Origin: Eledone cirrhosa
Taxonomy: Eukaryota
NCBI GenBank assembly: GCA_964016885.1
Contig: OZ024742.1
Span: 193,192,001 to 193,256,000 of the forward strand
Direction of reading: 5' to 3'
Length of the DNA stretch: 64,000 bases
The notes below the pieces were generated by a model. It had not been told where the DNA came from. It saw nothing but the letters and a program-made list of their open reading frames with translations, and searched no databases. The first letter of the stretch is position 1. Each line of letters opens with the position of its first letter. The translations under genes were made by a program, and so were the position numbers. Of this stretch, positions 1-14,185 are shown piece by piece.

Positions 1-7
1 AGTTTAT

Positions 8-150
8 TACTGATGCTTTATTTTATCGATCCCGTAAGGATGAAAGGCAAAGTTAACCTCAGCGGGATTTGAACTCTGAACATAAAAGGCTGTAATCTTT
101 GCTGCAATGCATGGTGTCTGACCCTCTACCGATACGGCCAATCCCCCGCC
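8..150 (-). mobile_element. tRNA-derived SINE (Nin/Deu-like core), partial
   Basis: Reverse complement of the same family seen at 29302-29931. Confidence 0.85.
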
Positions 151-719
151 CTTGAAGTTATATTTGAAGTTATAATGGTGAGTAAGTGGATGCATAACAT
201 AGTGATGACAGTAATGATAACAATAACATGAAAAGAAATACGATATATGAGGGGCAATATGTAGTGCATTGATTTCATGAATTGGCGAAATAAAATTGTA
301 AGAGGTACAACAAAATATCAGATGATTAAAATAAAAAAATAAAAAAGTAAGAGAGAAAGAGATAAAGAACAGGAGATAGAGAATAAATAATAAGGATTCG
401 AGGATGAGACATAAAGGGTAGGACTAAGGATAGGGGAGAAGGAGATAGAGAGATAGAGAATAAAAAGTGAAAGGGACAGTGATTAAGGTCTAATAGATTG
501 ATTGTTTTATGTTAATGGAGGTGATGCGGCTATAGAGAGAGAGTGAAAGAAAGGTTGGGAGATTCATGATGTTGATTTAATGACCAGTTGGTCAGTTGAC
601 ATCTAATAACAGTGGAGTGGTGTGAAGTTATTACATTTAAATCCGTGTGGTTTTGACTGAATTCTGAGATTGCTGGATCGAATCATGTCGGTTGTGGTTT
701 GAAGTTAGAGAATTTGGTT

Positions 720-938
720 GCTTTGTACCTACATAAGGTTTTTCGCTCCATCTTGTTGTTAAGCAGCATTTTATCATATTTTAAAATATGGAGCAGATCC
801 ATAGTGCATAGTCCGCAGTGGGACATTCCATTTTTGTAGGCACTCGATAACTTAGACCAGCTAATCTAATATTCCTGTTTGATGTCCTTAAGCTGCCAGA
901 TCTTATTGATCAGCGTCGTTGTATTCTCAAGTCTACGG
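720..938 (-). pseudogene. PLE GIY-YIG endonuclease C-terminal relic
   Basis: Manual translation TTLINKIWQLKD..Y*ISW..AYKNGMSHCGLC..LLNNKME..CR parallels the PLE C-termini at 18210-18656 and 61731-62255; one stop codon. Confidence 0.7.
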
Positions 939-1029
939 TTTTATATATATATAGATTTCAAAAATATTGATGTAATTCAATTCAAGAATTCAACGTGCAT
1001 TTTCCTCAAAGGAGCGACGGAGTATTTTT

Positions 1030-1553
<524 letters not shown>

Positions 1554-1577
1554 AATATATATATATAGGGAGTGCGT

Positions 1578-1619
1578 GGCTCTGATGATCGCCAAACAGT
1601 GTGAAACACGCTGTTAGCT
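1578..1619 (+). ncRNA. Minimal hammerhead ribozyme motif
   Basis: ggct CTGATGA t-cgc caaaca gtg-t GAAA ca-cgc-tg T T agct; GUU triplet; just after (TA)n. Confidence 0.6.
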
Positions 1620-1745
1620 TCTCCCCCTTATTTCGCCGAAAAGAAGTAAGTGACATAGTCACTACTTTAAAACCGATAGCGTATGGTCCGCAAAATGTTT
1701 TAAATTAAACATACCGTATATTGCCAAATATACTATACATACATT

Positions 1746-1785
<40 letters not shown>

Positions 1786-1788
<3 letters not shown>

Positions 1789-1947
1789 AAAGCGGATGCG
1801 GTAAGATATAAGGTGGACCATAACGCACCAGAGTTCTCGATACTTAGGGTAGTAGAGTGGGAAAAAGTCAGGACCCCGACGGCTGAGCTCCTGATCTAGC
1901 TGTTGAAACGGCCGGAGCATAGCTGTCGGAGTCCTGACTCTTTTCAT
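1786..1947. repeat. Dispersed hairpin-ended repeat (family also at 5046-5223 and 38527-38580)
   Basis: Shared ggaccataacgcaccagagt..agggtagtagagtggg; terminal inverted repeat around a degenerate CTGAT..GAAAcggccg. Confidence 0.7.
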
Positions 1948-3841
1948 ATATATATCACTGTGTATCTGTGTATCTCTATCACTCTCTGTTTCACTGGGTA
2001 AATAACTCTCTCCTCCCTATGTATCGTATCTATATTTCTCTCTCAACGTCTCACTGTTTATCTATCTCTCTCTCCCAGTCTATGTACCTCCCTCTCTCTC
2101 TCTCTTTCTCTCTCTCCCATTCTCTGTCTGTCTCCATTATTGGAAGTTCTGAAAGCTATAATGACTTCATTCTTTACACTGTGTTTGGCTCTTCTTTCTT
2201 CCTATTCAATCTACGCGCCTGTTAATTTGGTAAGCTATAACGAGATTTGGTTTCGGAGCTTTAGAAATTTTAAAAAACTAAGATAAAAAACAATTATTAT
2301 TTAAGTATATACGTATAACCTACTTTCATTTTATGTTTCCTTATGCACACTATCAGTAGAGACTGAATAGATTATTTTTAAACAACAAAGATTCCATTGC
2401 TTAAAAGCATGAATGAGTCTAATTATAACAATTCCCTACTGCTTGCCATGTTTTCCTGCTGCCTGATAAAGTCTAAGCGTGTTTTATTTTATCCTTTTCT
2501 AGAGATTATTTTTCGTTTTCTGCCATTAAAATAAGCTTTAATAAGTTGTCACCTGACAGAATTTCTTCGAAAATGGAAATTTCTTCCTCCAGAGTTTCTG
2601 AACAAGATTGGAATTCAAAAGAACATAGTTTTTCATAGTTTCCTTGAAAAAGAGGTTTTATTTATTTTATTTTATTTTATTTTATTTTATTTTATTTATT
2701 TATTTAATTATATATTATTTATTTATTACATTTTCTTAATAAATAAGACCCCATTATATTTACATTTTCTTTTTAAATTTATTCATTTCCTTATTCTAGA
2801 TCCCTCACTATCAGTAGTATTGTATATTCGTTTCTCGCGGAGGAAACAACGAAGTATAAGAAGTATTCCACCCTAACCTATATATGTAACACAACAAAAA
2901 TGTATTTCTTATGGTTTGTCCCGCAAGCAATGTGTTTTCTTTCTTTCCATCAATCATATTATGGTTTTCATTTACATCTAATATTACCCTCATCCTCATA
3001 TATTTCACCTAACACGAATTTATGTTTTCGTCACAATATCGCCTCAAACAACTTAAAACGTAGGTATTATAATTACAAATCGTAGGTATTATAATTACAT
3101 CTGCCTGGCTATTTGTATCATCAGCATAACTACCACTGCTGTTTGTTGTTATTATTATTATTATTAGTAGTAATATTTGTATTATAACTAATTTCATACA
3201 GATACATCAATAACTTCCTTTCTTACATCAAAAGGAATTCGATACATCTTGGAAAACATTCATAGAGGAATGTTGTAGGCTACATGACTTGTGGGAATGA
3301 TGCATTGAAGCTCTCTAACAAAATTCGCAGGTGTTTGTATTCTTATTTTCAAGAATGTGTTATGTTTATCTGTATAGAGCAATCATTTAATGTCTTTAGA
3401 GAAACAGTTGTGTATCATTCAAGTTGCATTAATTACAAATGCGTTGATGGACACTTTCTTTATTCAATCATCATGTTTTTAATTAAACAGCTGTGTTATT
3501 ACACCCTCAATCGGCTTCTGTACAACGTTAAAAACATCAAGTAATTTTAACTAGATGTTATATGACAGCCTAAATATATGTTAAATTTCTACAGAATCAT
3601 AGGAATGCAATTTTCTACGCCAGATGCACATTTGTATGGAGGTCACTTAATGTCAAAGTTTAAGTACTAATAAATAATATTACAGTGTGTAGCTTTTCTT
3701 GAGTACGTGCTCTGCACAGCCGAGTCCAACATTTTGCAGTGATTTTTCTATTGCATTTAATGTATTATATAAATGTGTGAATGTAGATATTGTGTCACTG
3801 TATATATATATATATACATATAGTAGTAACAATATATACAA

Positions 3842-3930
<89 letters not shown>

Positions 3931-4270
3931 TCGCATCCAATCTCGTGTTAGACTTACTTATAAGTATTCAGTGATTTAGCGACATCTTGCGTTGACGACG
4001 ATGGTCCCTGAATCCATAATTACGAACGTATTCACTTTTGGATACAGAGTTAGCAAATCGGAAACACGTTGGTCCGGTTAACTATCAATTTATCTTATGG
4101 TCTTTCTTAATTCTCTGTTGTTAACATAATAATTTTTAAAGGAGCACAGACTAACGTAATTAATTCTACTGGTATCATAGCCAGAGAATGCAAATATGGT
4201 TAGTGTCGTAAACTCTATTTCATAAATATATGCACATTCTGTTGTTATTTCTCTTTACCTTTTACGCCGA

Positions 4271-4343
<73 letters not shown>

Positions 4344-4361
4344 ACACACACAAACACACAC

Positions 4362-4410
<49 letters not shown>

Positions 4411-4993
4411 AAGGGTTTGTATTTTGAATGAAAAGATTACTTTTGGGATGAAAATAGTTCAAGCCGGTGAGAGGTACACGAACATTTGATGTTATTAAAG
4501 AATAATGGTAATGTTAAAATCTAAGGAGGTCTGCATTCCTCTACCCCTAAATTAAATTTCTACTACTACTATTCCATCAACTTGACCACTTACTACTTTT
4601 CTATTGGTCAACTCAAAACCTGTTCCCAAACAGACCTATTATATTAAATCTTTGTTGGTTTTTTTTCATTATTTCTGATGACAGCATATATATGTGTAGG
4701 TATGTATATTCCCTCTGATAGTTTGGAAAACTTTTACATAGATCTATATGAAATACATACCAACACACACATATATATCCTAGAAACGATCGTAAAATGA
4801 TGAATTTTTTAATATAAGGAACTGCTTCTTTGTTTTTATTCATTGTTTTTATTAATTTATCTTGACTCTGTTTTCCTGCGTTTTTCATTGAAAACATTTT
4901 GAATACATCTTCTCTTTTCATGATATTTGTATTACATTGAGTTCTTCATACGGATTGAACACAACCGTATATTTTGGTAGATTTATCTATCTA

Positions 4994-5043
<50 letters not shown>

Positions 5044-5045
5044 AC

Positions 5046-5223
5046 GAAAGGGTTGTGGTAAGGGAACAGATGGACCATAACGCACCAGAGTACTCAACGC
5101 TAAGGGTAGTAGAGTGGGTAATAAGAGAAAGTATGACCCCCGACGACAGAGCTCAGAGTCACTTTAGTCCAGAAATAGCCGTCGAAACGGCTTGAGCTCT
5201 GCTGTCGGGGTCATACTTTCTCC
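5046..5223. repeat. Dispersed hairpin-ended repeat, second copy
   Basis: gagaaagtatgacccc..cagagctca / tgagctctg..ggggtcatactttctc; flanked by (TA)n. Confidence 0.7.
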
Positions 5224-5258
5224 TATATATATATATATCTATATATATATATTAAAAT

Positions 5259-5297
<39 letters not shown>

Positions 5298-5526
5298 TAT
5301 AATTACGGGTGACATGTTATATCTATCAGTTTGTTATATAATGCCTCATCTGGGGTTTTACAACAACGCGAAAAGCAACAAAATAGTAAATGCTGAAATA
5401 TCCTTTAAACAGAAGACAACATTAACATTTAAAAAATAAATATATGCTCTAGTGTTCTTATATATTTGATATATATTTATCCTTGTCGAGGCCTCTTTGG
5501 ATTTTAGTCTTCACATTTATTATTAT

Positions 5527-5602
<76 letters not shown>

Positions 5603-5723
5603 TACATATATGTGTATGTGTGCGTATGTATATGCACGGCCATATATATTTCTAAATATATATACATATTTATATATAACTGTTTCATGATGCGCTTATA
5701 TTTCCATGTTCTATTCATTGAAG

Positions 5724-5789
5724 GTGAATGGCCAACTGACCCTCGCTGAAAATATTGCTGATAATGGCGGGATTGAAGTGGCCTACAAC
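5724..5789 (+). CDS. Internal exon of an M13 family zinc metallopeptidase (neprilysin/ECE-like)
   Basis: AG|GTGAATGGC...TACAAC|GTAAGT; 66 nt, phase 0-0; translates [22 protein letters not shown] with the M13 ExxxD motif (ENIADNGG). Confidence 0.9.
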
Positions 5790-6607
5790 GTAAGTACGCT
5801 AATATATCAAATCTGAATATCTCATTTTAATTCACACTATATAAGCAATAAATATACATTTAGAATTATTATGACATTAAAGTAATATAAATGTTGAATT
5901 TAACGATTGCGTAGGTAGAAGCAATTCGTAGTCGAGTTCACCTCCTCCCTTCCACATAAAAAAAAAAAATAACAAGTTTCATTCAATTACTTAGTGAGAT
6001 ATTGTGTCCATAACAGGCTCAGCATAGACTCTTACGCTTAGTCCTTCATCCCCAGAAGCTCGCTCCTCTGAAAATCTTGCCTAATCATAATTTTCCAGCA
6101 GGCTGGAACTTGCATCTATTAAGGATGAACACTAACTCGACTGATAAAAACGACCTCGGTGGATCCGCGTATCGCGATGACGGCATTTTCTTCTCATCTT
6201 CCCATAATAAAATACGCATCAATATTTATAAGTAAATGTACTTATAAATATTGATGCGTATCTAGTTATATTAACACATCCATAAATCCACACACACACA
6301 CACACGCACGCACACATACATATATATAAATATATATCTGTGTGTGAGTGGGTGCAATTATAATCAAACAGGCATAACTAAACGTCTGTTCATCTGTTTC
6401 AATTTAGATACACACACATGCAGACACACGCTCACACTCACACACACACATATATATATATGTACATGAGAGTAGGTGTACGCCCATAAATACACGTCAT
6501 ACACCACTAGAATGATACAAATTATACATATATAAAAACACACAAACACACACACACGTACACACACGCACATACACATACACACACACATATATGTACA
6601 CTGGCCC

Positions 6608-6674
<67 letters not shown>

Positions 6675-7007
6675 CATAAATTTATGTTGAATTTACAGGC
6701 GTTCATATTACATCATTAGGGCTGCATGGATTATGCACACACATACGTACATACATATATTTATACATATATACATACACATATTCATGCATATATACAT
6801 ATATGCATACATACACATATATACATACATATATACATACACACATACACACACATACATACATTTATGCATTTATATATACATGCATATATATATACAT
6901 TCATATATATATAAATACATACATATATACATACACACATGCATATATACATACATACACACATGTGTACATAAATGCATACATACACATATTCATGCGT
7001 ATATACA

Positions 7008-7207
7008 CTAGACAGGAAAAATGCGTAAGCTCAAAAGAGCTACAGAATGTTATAATAAACCTTCAAAAGTGTGGGACTAGAGGTGTTACTCAAAAATATT
7101 GTAATCATTATCTATCGTACAATCTGTGGCATTCTTTATAAAAATATCACAATAAATACATCTATGTTTAATGTAATAACAGCTATAAATAATTACGTAA
7201 TATTATT
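7008..7207 (-). mobile_element. Helitron-like 3' end (left, pointing outward)
   Basis: Minus strand ends gtagctc-tttt-gagcttac..CTAG|T; reverse complement of 8420-8619. Confidence 0.5.
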
Positions 7208-7506
7208 CCCGCCGAGGTTGACTTTGCCTTTCATCCTTACAGGGTCGATAAAATAAAGTACCAGTAATGCACTAGGTTATTGCTGGCCTTGTGCCTAAAG
7301 TAGAGACAATTATTATCATGGATTGGCAGTATCGGTAGAGAGTCGGACGCCCTGCTTTGCAGCACAGTTACGTCCCTTTACAGACTGAGTTCAAATTCCG
7401 CCGAGGATAACTTTGCCTTTCATCCTTACGGGGTCAATAAAATAAAGTACCAGTAATACACTGGAATAATTGCTGGCCTTATGCCAAATGTAGAAACAAT
7501 TATTAT
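7207..7506 (+). mobile_element. Two tandem SINE copies (5'-truncated 7207-7316, near full 7319-7506)
   Basis: A-box-like TGGCAGTATCGG, B-box GAGTTCAAATTC, core gcctttcatccttacggggtc..aagtaccag. Confidence 0.9.
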
Positions 7507-7954
7507 CATATACTCATAGTAACAAAATAATTGTGTTGAAAATTAATATGATTCTTATATAAACGATCAAATCTATAATGATAATTTTGTAAATATACTA
7601 ATATTAAAATAATTTAGTTATATATTGTTACATTTTCATCGAACTATAACATTAACAATTATATTGTATCATCACATTTTTATCACTGCAAACTTTCATA
7701 TTGGAATTACCTTAAGCCATTTATCATTACTTCGCTTTCGTACTTTTACAGATGTAGATATTCGGCTGTATCTTATATCTAATATCATGATCTCATGGTA
7801 ATTTGCATGGAGTGTAAAATAGGTTTATTAATAACTTTAATATGAAATGTATTATACAGTGCTGCAGAGTCGGCCAACAATTGACTGGCTCCAACTCCGG
7901 ATCCGATACTCCATTATTTCCTAAATTTCGGCTCCACAGCCCTGTTATTATATT

Positions 7955-8139
7955 AATTGTTTCTACTTTTTGGCACAAGGCCAGCAATTATCCAGTGTAT
8001 TACTGGTACTTTATTTTATCGACCCCATAAGGATGAAAGGCAAAGTTAACCTCGGCGGGATTTGAACTCAGAATGGCAAGGGCCGTAACACTATGCGTCA
8101 AAGCATGGCGTCCGACCCTCTACCGATACTGCCAATCCA
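7955..8139 (-). mobile_element. tRNA-derived SINE
   Basis: Reverse-complement copy of the family. Confidence 0.9.
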
Positions 8140-8419
8140 TAATTTATTTATTTTATAGTTGTAAATCATATTTGTATATGTTACACTCTAAGAATGAACT
8201 AAGTAAGATAGTGTAAAAAGAAAGGCATGGTTGGTTTAAGCTAATGTCCAATATCTCATATTAGATATTTAGTAATGATTAATACGAAATGCACTTAAAC
8301 CGAATTCTATATTATAAATTCACTTAATTAATTATCGTGTCGTCTTGAGTTCCTTCTGAGTCTCTTTTTTATAAAATGGTGCCACAGATTTTATAAAAAA
8401 GAGACTATGAGTATATGAT

Positions 8420-8619
8420 AATAATATTACGTAATTATATATAGCTGTTATTACATTAAACATAGATGTATTTATTGTGATATTTTTATAAAGAATGCCA
8501 CAGAATGTACGATAGATAATGATTACAATATTTTTGAGTAACAACTCTAGTCCCACACTTTTGAAGGTTTATTATCAAATTGTGTAGCTCTTTTGAGCTT
8601 GCGCATTTTTCATGTCTAG
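8420..8619 (+). mobile_element. Helitron-like 3' end (right, pointing outward)
   Basis: agctc-tttt-gagct hairpin shortly upstream of CTAG|T at 8616-8620. Confidence 0.5.
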
Positions 8620-9425
8620 TTTAATACTTTTTAAGGCAACGCTTGTAGTAACTCTAGTTAAACATGATATATATTAATAATAAATTATCGTTGTAATGTA
8701 ATTAGATTATATAATTGTTATTATAAATGATCTTATAAATATTAGTGTCAGATGTATAACAATATTTTCAGACTTTTAATATAAACAACAACAAATAAAA
8801 ATCAATATTAAATCAATATATTATACATAATAGGAAACATAAAATAAATAAACAATATAGAAATAAAATATTTACATACATGGAACATTACAGAACATGA
8901 ATATACGCTATTTTGAAGTGTTTAAACATTATTTACAAACAAAGATTTAGAATCGTTTTATACAAACGATAAATTAAAAAAATATTTGTACAAACTTTTA
9001 CGATAGACTTTCAACTTATCTATTTACCGCCTAACCCTAACGTCAATATTTTTCATTTGTTTTAAAAATAGTTAATATAAATTTAAAAAAATCATATAAC
9101 GACGAAATAACAAAAATAAATGAACTAGGGAAACAAAAACAAAAAACTTGGCGGATGCTTTTGAGCAACACTTACTCAGATTGGTTGAAAATTAGTCAAT
9201 GGCATGTAATCACCACGGCCACGGCCAGACCTTGAAATAAAATTGACGATCTACACATATATGTTAGAACACTAAGTCACTTCGTGTCTAACAGATACGT
9301 TCATACATTTGTACAACATACATATATACATACATTCATAGATATATAAATACATACATATATACATACTAGTATGCATACATACATACAGACATAAGAT
9401 CCATCCATCCATATATATACATATA

Positions 9426-9689
9426 TGGTGGCTGCCAACTCGTTTTCGAGTACGGCCACTACTTTATATCCATGTAGGAGAACCCCTACCGATGCGCTGA
9501 ACGAGTGTGACTATTTAGTCCAGCCAGCGACTTGAAAACTCTGGTATAAACACTACACCTGTGACAATTATTCACACAGGCCCATGGTACCATGTGACGA
9601 CAAGGGCAGAGAGATATCCAGATATAAAGCAATGCCTGTGCTGTGAAGCTTTTATAGTGAGCAAAGGCACTGAACAAAGCCAGTTCCAC
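9426..9689 (-). mobile_element. Non-autonomous bipartite RTE derivative, 3' portion
   Basis: Minus strand encodes a C2H2-like RTE C-terminus (CSVYTRVFKSLAGLNSHTRSAH); same family as 43944-44553. Confidence 0.75.
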
Positions 9690-9694
9690 ATACA

Positions 9695-9728
<34 letters not shown>

Positions 9729-9744
9729 CATACATACATACATA

Positions 9745-10802
9745 GTAACACTGAAGCAACACCTTCAACAGAGGAAAAAGGTTGGCAACCATCTTGCCCA
9801 GGTTTATGAGCATGAAAAAAGAAATATCATTAGAATAGCGACTGATCAGGAGGAGAGATATGGAATAAAGCCTGATATAAATCTCTCACGCAGCGAAATC
9901 GGAAGATCCTATTCAATGTTCAAACAAGATAAAAAAAAATTGACCAATTTACAGAAAAAGTTGTGCATGGATACTTGAGGCGTAAAACACAGACCAATGA
10001 GGGGATAAACCACTTAAAAAGCCTGACATGGAGTTCCGACAAGTTTATGACATCGCACCTTGAGGGATATCTCTATGCAATACAGGAACAAGAACTCCCT
10101 ACCAAATATCTGCTGCACAAAAGAGGAGGGCCAGCAGCTGACAATAAATGTAGGCTATGTAAAACAAAGATCGAGGATGTAAGCCACATTGTTGCCAGCT
10201 GCGAAAGAATGTCATCTCTCTACTACCTCCCCATGAGACACGATGGGATAGCTAGGACCATCTGGAACGCACTTCGGAAAACAAAATTAACAACAAACGA
10301 GGAAAAATATATTGAGACAGATGGCACTAAGGAATACTGGTGGAACCTGAAAATAAAAACTGCCACCAAATTAAAGCACAACCGGCCTGATATTTTAGTT
10401 TGGGACCACACATTGAAAACGTGTTCTGTTGTGGAGATCAGCTGCCCATTTCATGTAAACGTTGTCAGAAAAATACAGGAGAAGGAGGACATCTACGGAC
10501 CATTGATGAGGAGTTTACAAATCCAGTATCCAAGATACACCTTTAGCTTCATACCCATCATTATTGGTGCTACGGGTTATATACCAACCCGCTTGGACCA
10601 AAGTATGACTGAACTTGGATTTGCGGACAAAAAGCGCAGCCCCCTAATTCATAGTCTACAAATGGCTGCGATAGCTGGCACCTTCAAAATTTGCAAAACA
10701 TTCTTGCGATTCAAGGGATGACAATTTCTTTAGTTTTACAACCTTGCCACCAGGAAGGTGGCCGGTCAAAAAAATATACTCGAAATTAAGAGAAAGAGAA
10801 AA
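9745..10802 (+). mobile_element. 5'-truncated R4/Dong-like non-LTR retrotransposon (restriction-like endonuclease)
   Basis: ORF 9963-10721: CRLC..HIVASC (CCHC), RHD, RPD..D..E..K motifs; bounded by (CATA)n on both sides. Confidence 0.85.
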
Positions 10803-10824
10803 CATACATACATACATACATACA

Positions 10825-11972
10825 TGTGGCTGCCAACTCGTTTTCGAGTACGGCCATTACTTTATATCCTTGTAGGAGAACCCCTACCGATGCGCTGAAC
10901 GAGTGTGACTTTTTAGTCCAGCCAGCGACTTGAAAACTCTAGTACAAACACTACACCTGTGACAATTTTTGACACATAGTGCTGGACCCATGCTACCATG
11001 TGATGATAAGTGCAGAGATCTCCAGATATAAAGCAATGCCTGTCCCGTGAAGCTTTTATAGTGAGCCAAGGCACTGCACAAAGCCAGTCCCACTCTCTTA
11101 ACCAAGATGATATTTACCAAAAAGAAGAATATGTCAACATCATTGGATACCATCAGGGTTGCAGGTGTTATATCAGAGTTTTCCTTCTCCTAGAATTCTG
11201 CCTTGACAAAGGCTAAAGGGTCATCTCTCCCGGTGATTTTGGATGGCCATTGACTCTTAAGAGTTTCTTTGCCCTTTTACAGGTTTTGTTTTTAGTCCTG
11301 CAGGATGTCCAAAGTCACCCTCCTCACCAAGAAACCTTGGTGGGGTTGCCCGTTTAGTCGGCATACATACATACATATATGGTGGCTGCCAACTCGTTTT
11401 CGAGTACGGCCATTACTTTATATCCATGTAGGAGAACCCCTACCAATGCGCTGAACGAGTGTGACTTTTTAGTCCAGCCATCGACTTGAAAACTCTGGTA
11501 CAAACACTACACCTCTGACAATTATTGACACATAGCGCTGGATACATGCTACCATGTGATGACAAGTACAGAGATCTCCAGATATAAAGCAATGCCTGTC
11601 CCGTGAAGCTTTTATAGTGAGCAAAGGCACTGCACAAAGCCAGTCCCACTCTCTTAACCAATATGATATTTACCAAAAAGAAGAACAAGTCAACATCATT
11701 GGATACCCTCAGGATTGCAGGTGTTATATCAGAGTTTTCCTTCTCCTAGAATTCTACCTTGACAAAAGCTGAGGGGTCATCTCTCCCGGTGATTTTGGAT
11801 GGCTATTGACTCTTAAGAGCCCCTTTGCCTTTTGACAGGTTTTGGTTTTAGTCCTGCAGGATGTCCAAAGTCACCCTCCTCACCAAGAAACCTTGGTGGG
11901 GTTGCCCGTTTAGTCGCCAACGACCCGACCATGGGACAGGTTGTACTGGGATATATGTTACCAGTAGCACCA
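10825..11972 (-). mobile_element. Two tandem non-autonomous RTE derivatives (10825-11361, 11380-11972)
   Basis: Near-identical units of about 540-590 nt separated by (CATA)n; CxxC..H..H relic; no RT. Confidence 0.8.
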
Positions 11973-12660
11973 TACATACATACATACATACATACATACA
12001 TACATACATACATACATACATACATACATACATACATACATACATACATACATACATAAAATACATACATACATAAAATACATATTCATAGGATACAGCT
12101 AGAGATATATAGTCGTTATCCGCTATTTTGTGTGTTAAATGTGCTAACAATATATTTAATATGATAGACACCATTGTTTGACTGTGCTGGCCACACGACA
12201 AAGATACTTATAATGAAAGACACTTATAGAAACCATGAAATTGCTTATCAAAGTCAAATATTCTCCATACGTTTATGGAACGGATTTGGTGAAGGAAACC
12301 AGACGGGAAAATGTGTTACTTCCTTCCATCTTGACTGTCATTCTTTCAAGTAGTCACTCGGGTTTTTTTTTTTTTTTTTTTCGTTTGGCTAATTATTACG
12401 GAAACCGAGCAATATATCGGTGGTGATTGTAGTGATAATGATGGCGGAGGTTATTGACGTCGTCGCTGTGGTAGAGGTGTTGCTGGTGTTGCTGGAGGTA
12501 CCTTAAAATACCAGAATGATGATAAACTAGTGAATTATTGTCATGGGATATCATTTCTTACTCCTACTGCACCCTTGTATACACACACACGCACACACAC
12601 ACACACACACACGCACACACATATATTTATATATATATATTATTATTGTTATTATTTCGA

Positions 12661-12846
12661 TGGATTGGCAGTATCGGTAGAGGGTCGGACGACATGCTTT
12701 GACGCGTAGAGTTACGGCTCTTGCCATTCTGAGTTCAAATCTCACCGAGGTTAACTTTGCTCTTCTTCCTACGGGGTCGATAAAATAAAGTACCAGTAAT
12801 ACATTGGGAAAATTGCTGGCCTTGTGCCAAAAGTAGAAACAATTAT
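12661..12846 (+). mobile_element. tRNA-derived SINE
   Basis: Family match. Confidence 0.9.
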
Positions 12847-13028
12847 TTCTGGCAATATTATAACAATATGACCCTCCCCAAATATAACAATATATATATA
12901 TGTATGTATATGTACATATATATATATGTAATTTATATATGTACATTTAATATATATATGTACATATATATGTACATTTAATATATATATGTACATTTAA
13001 TATATGTACATATATATATATATATATA

Positions 13029-13215
13029 ATAGTTGTTTCTACTTTAGGCACAAGGCCAGCAATTACCCAGTGCATTACTGGTACTTTATTTTATCGACCC
13101 CGTAAGGATGAAAGGCAAAGTCAACCTCGGCGGGATTTGAACTCAGATCGTAAAGGGACGTAACTATGCTGGAAAGCATGGCCTCCGATCCTCTACCGAT
13201 ACTGCCAATCCACCG
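13029..13215 (-). mobile_element. tRNA-derived SINE
   Basis: Family match, reverse complement. Confidence 0.9.
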
Positions 13216-13232
13216 ATATATATATATATAAT

Positions 13233-13267
<35 letters not shown>

Positions 13268-14021
13268 GGAGAGAGAGAGAGAGAATGCCTAGGACAAAGG
13301 TAATACGAAGCGTATAGTGATAGTTTAATGCTGCAAAGGAAGAAAAGCTAATTCAAATTGTTTAATGATACTGACAATATATCGTGTTGAAAGACAATCA
13401 GAGGTAAAGAAGAATGAAAGAAAAGAATAGAACCTGCTTCGTGGTACCAAATTACTCATTAGATTAATGTGCTACTGTAAAATAAATAGTGACGTTTCCC
13501 TACCAACAAATTGTGTGTGTGTGTGTGCGCGCGCATTTGTGCGTGTGTGTGTTTGTGTGTATGTGTGATTGAAATCCGTTCAAGACGAATCAATATATCT
13601 CAATGCAAACGTCAATACATAGGCTTCAAATTTAATTGGATTTGCGTTCAAATGTTCCTGCACAACAATCTTGAACAAGACTCCGATTGACCAATGACCA
13701 TATATGGAAACTGTGGATGCAGTTTATGTATGGTGGGCCTGTAACAGCTGGTGGAGTCGTAGGAGCATTATTAAGCCTGTCAGTGCCAATCTCTTCTCCA
13801 GGTCTGAGTATAACAGATTTCTTCCAGAGAAGGATATAATGTGAGAGAAGGGAAGTGAGAAAGAGATCTAGGATCACCCACAGTACTAGAGTGGTACTTA
13901 TTTTATCGACCCCGAAAAGATGAAATGCAAAGACGGCCCTCGGCATGGTTTGAACTCAAAAAGCCGGAACGAATGAAGAAAAAGCATTCAATCCGATGTT
14001 TGAACGGCTCCGCCTATTTTC

Positions 14022-14121
<100 letters not shown>

Positions 14122-14185
14122 TGTGTGTGTGTGAGTGCATGTGTGCGTGCGTGTGTTTATATATATATATTTATATATAAAAAAA

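Noticed and set aside
3990-4075. Further hammerhead-like motifs (also near 15790, 17700, 20930, 21840, 24445-24555, 45725, 47975)
   Set aside because: Core or stem I is broken; probably decayed pLTR ribozymes, so not called as features.
6699-6720. Possible next M13 exon (tttacag|GCGTTC..)
   Set aside because: In-frame TAG after six codons.
9029-9041. Telomeric repeat (CCTAACCCTAAC)
   Set aside because: Only two units; insufficient.
13632-13860. Unique GC-balanced minus-strand ORF segment with a pyrimidine tract
   Set aside because: No recognisable motif; the ORF start lies in a SINE remnant; cannot support it as an exon.
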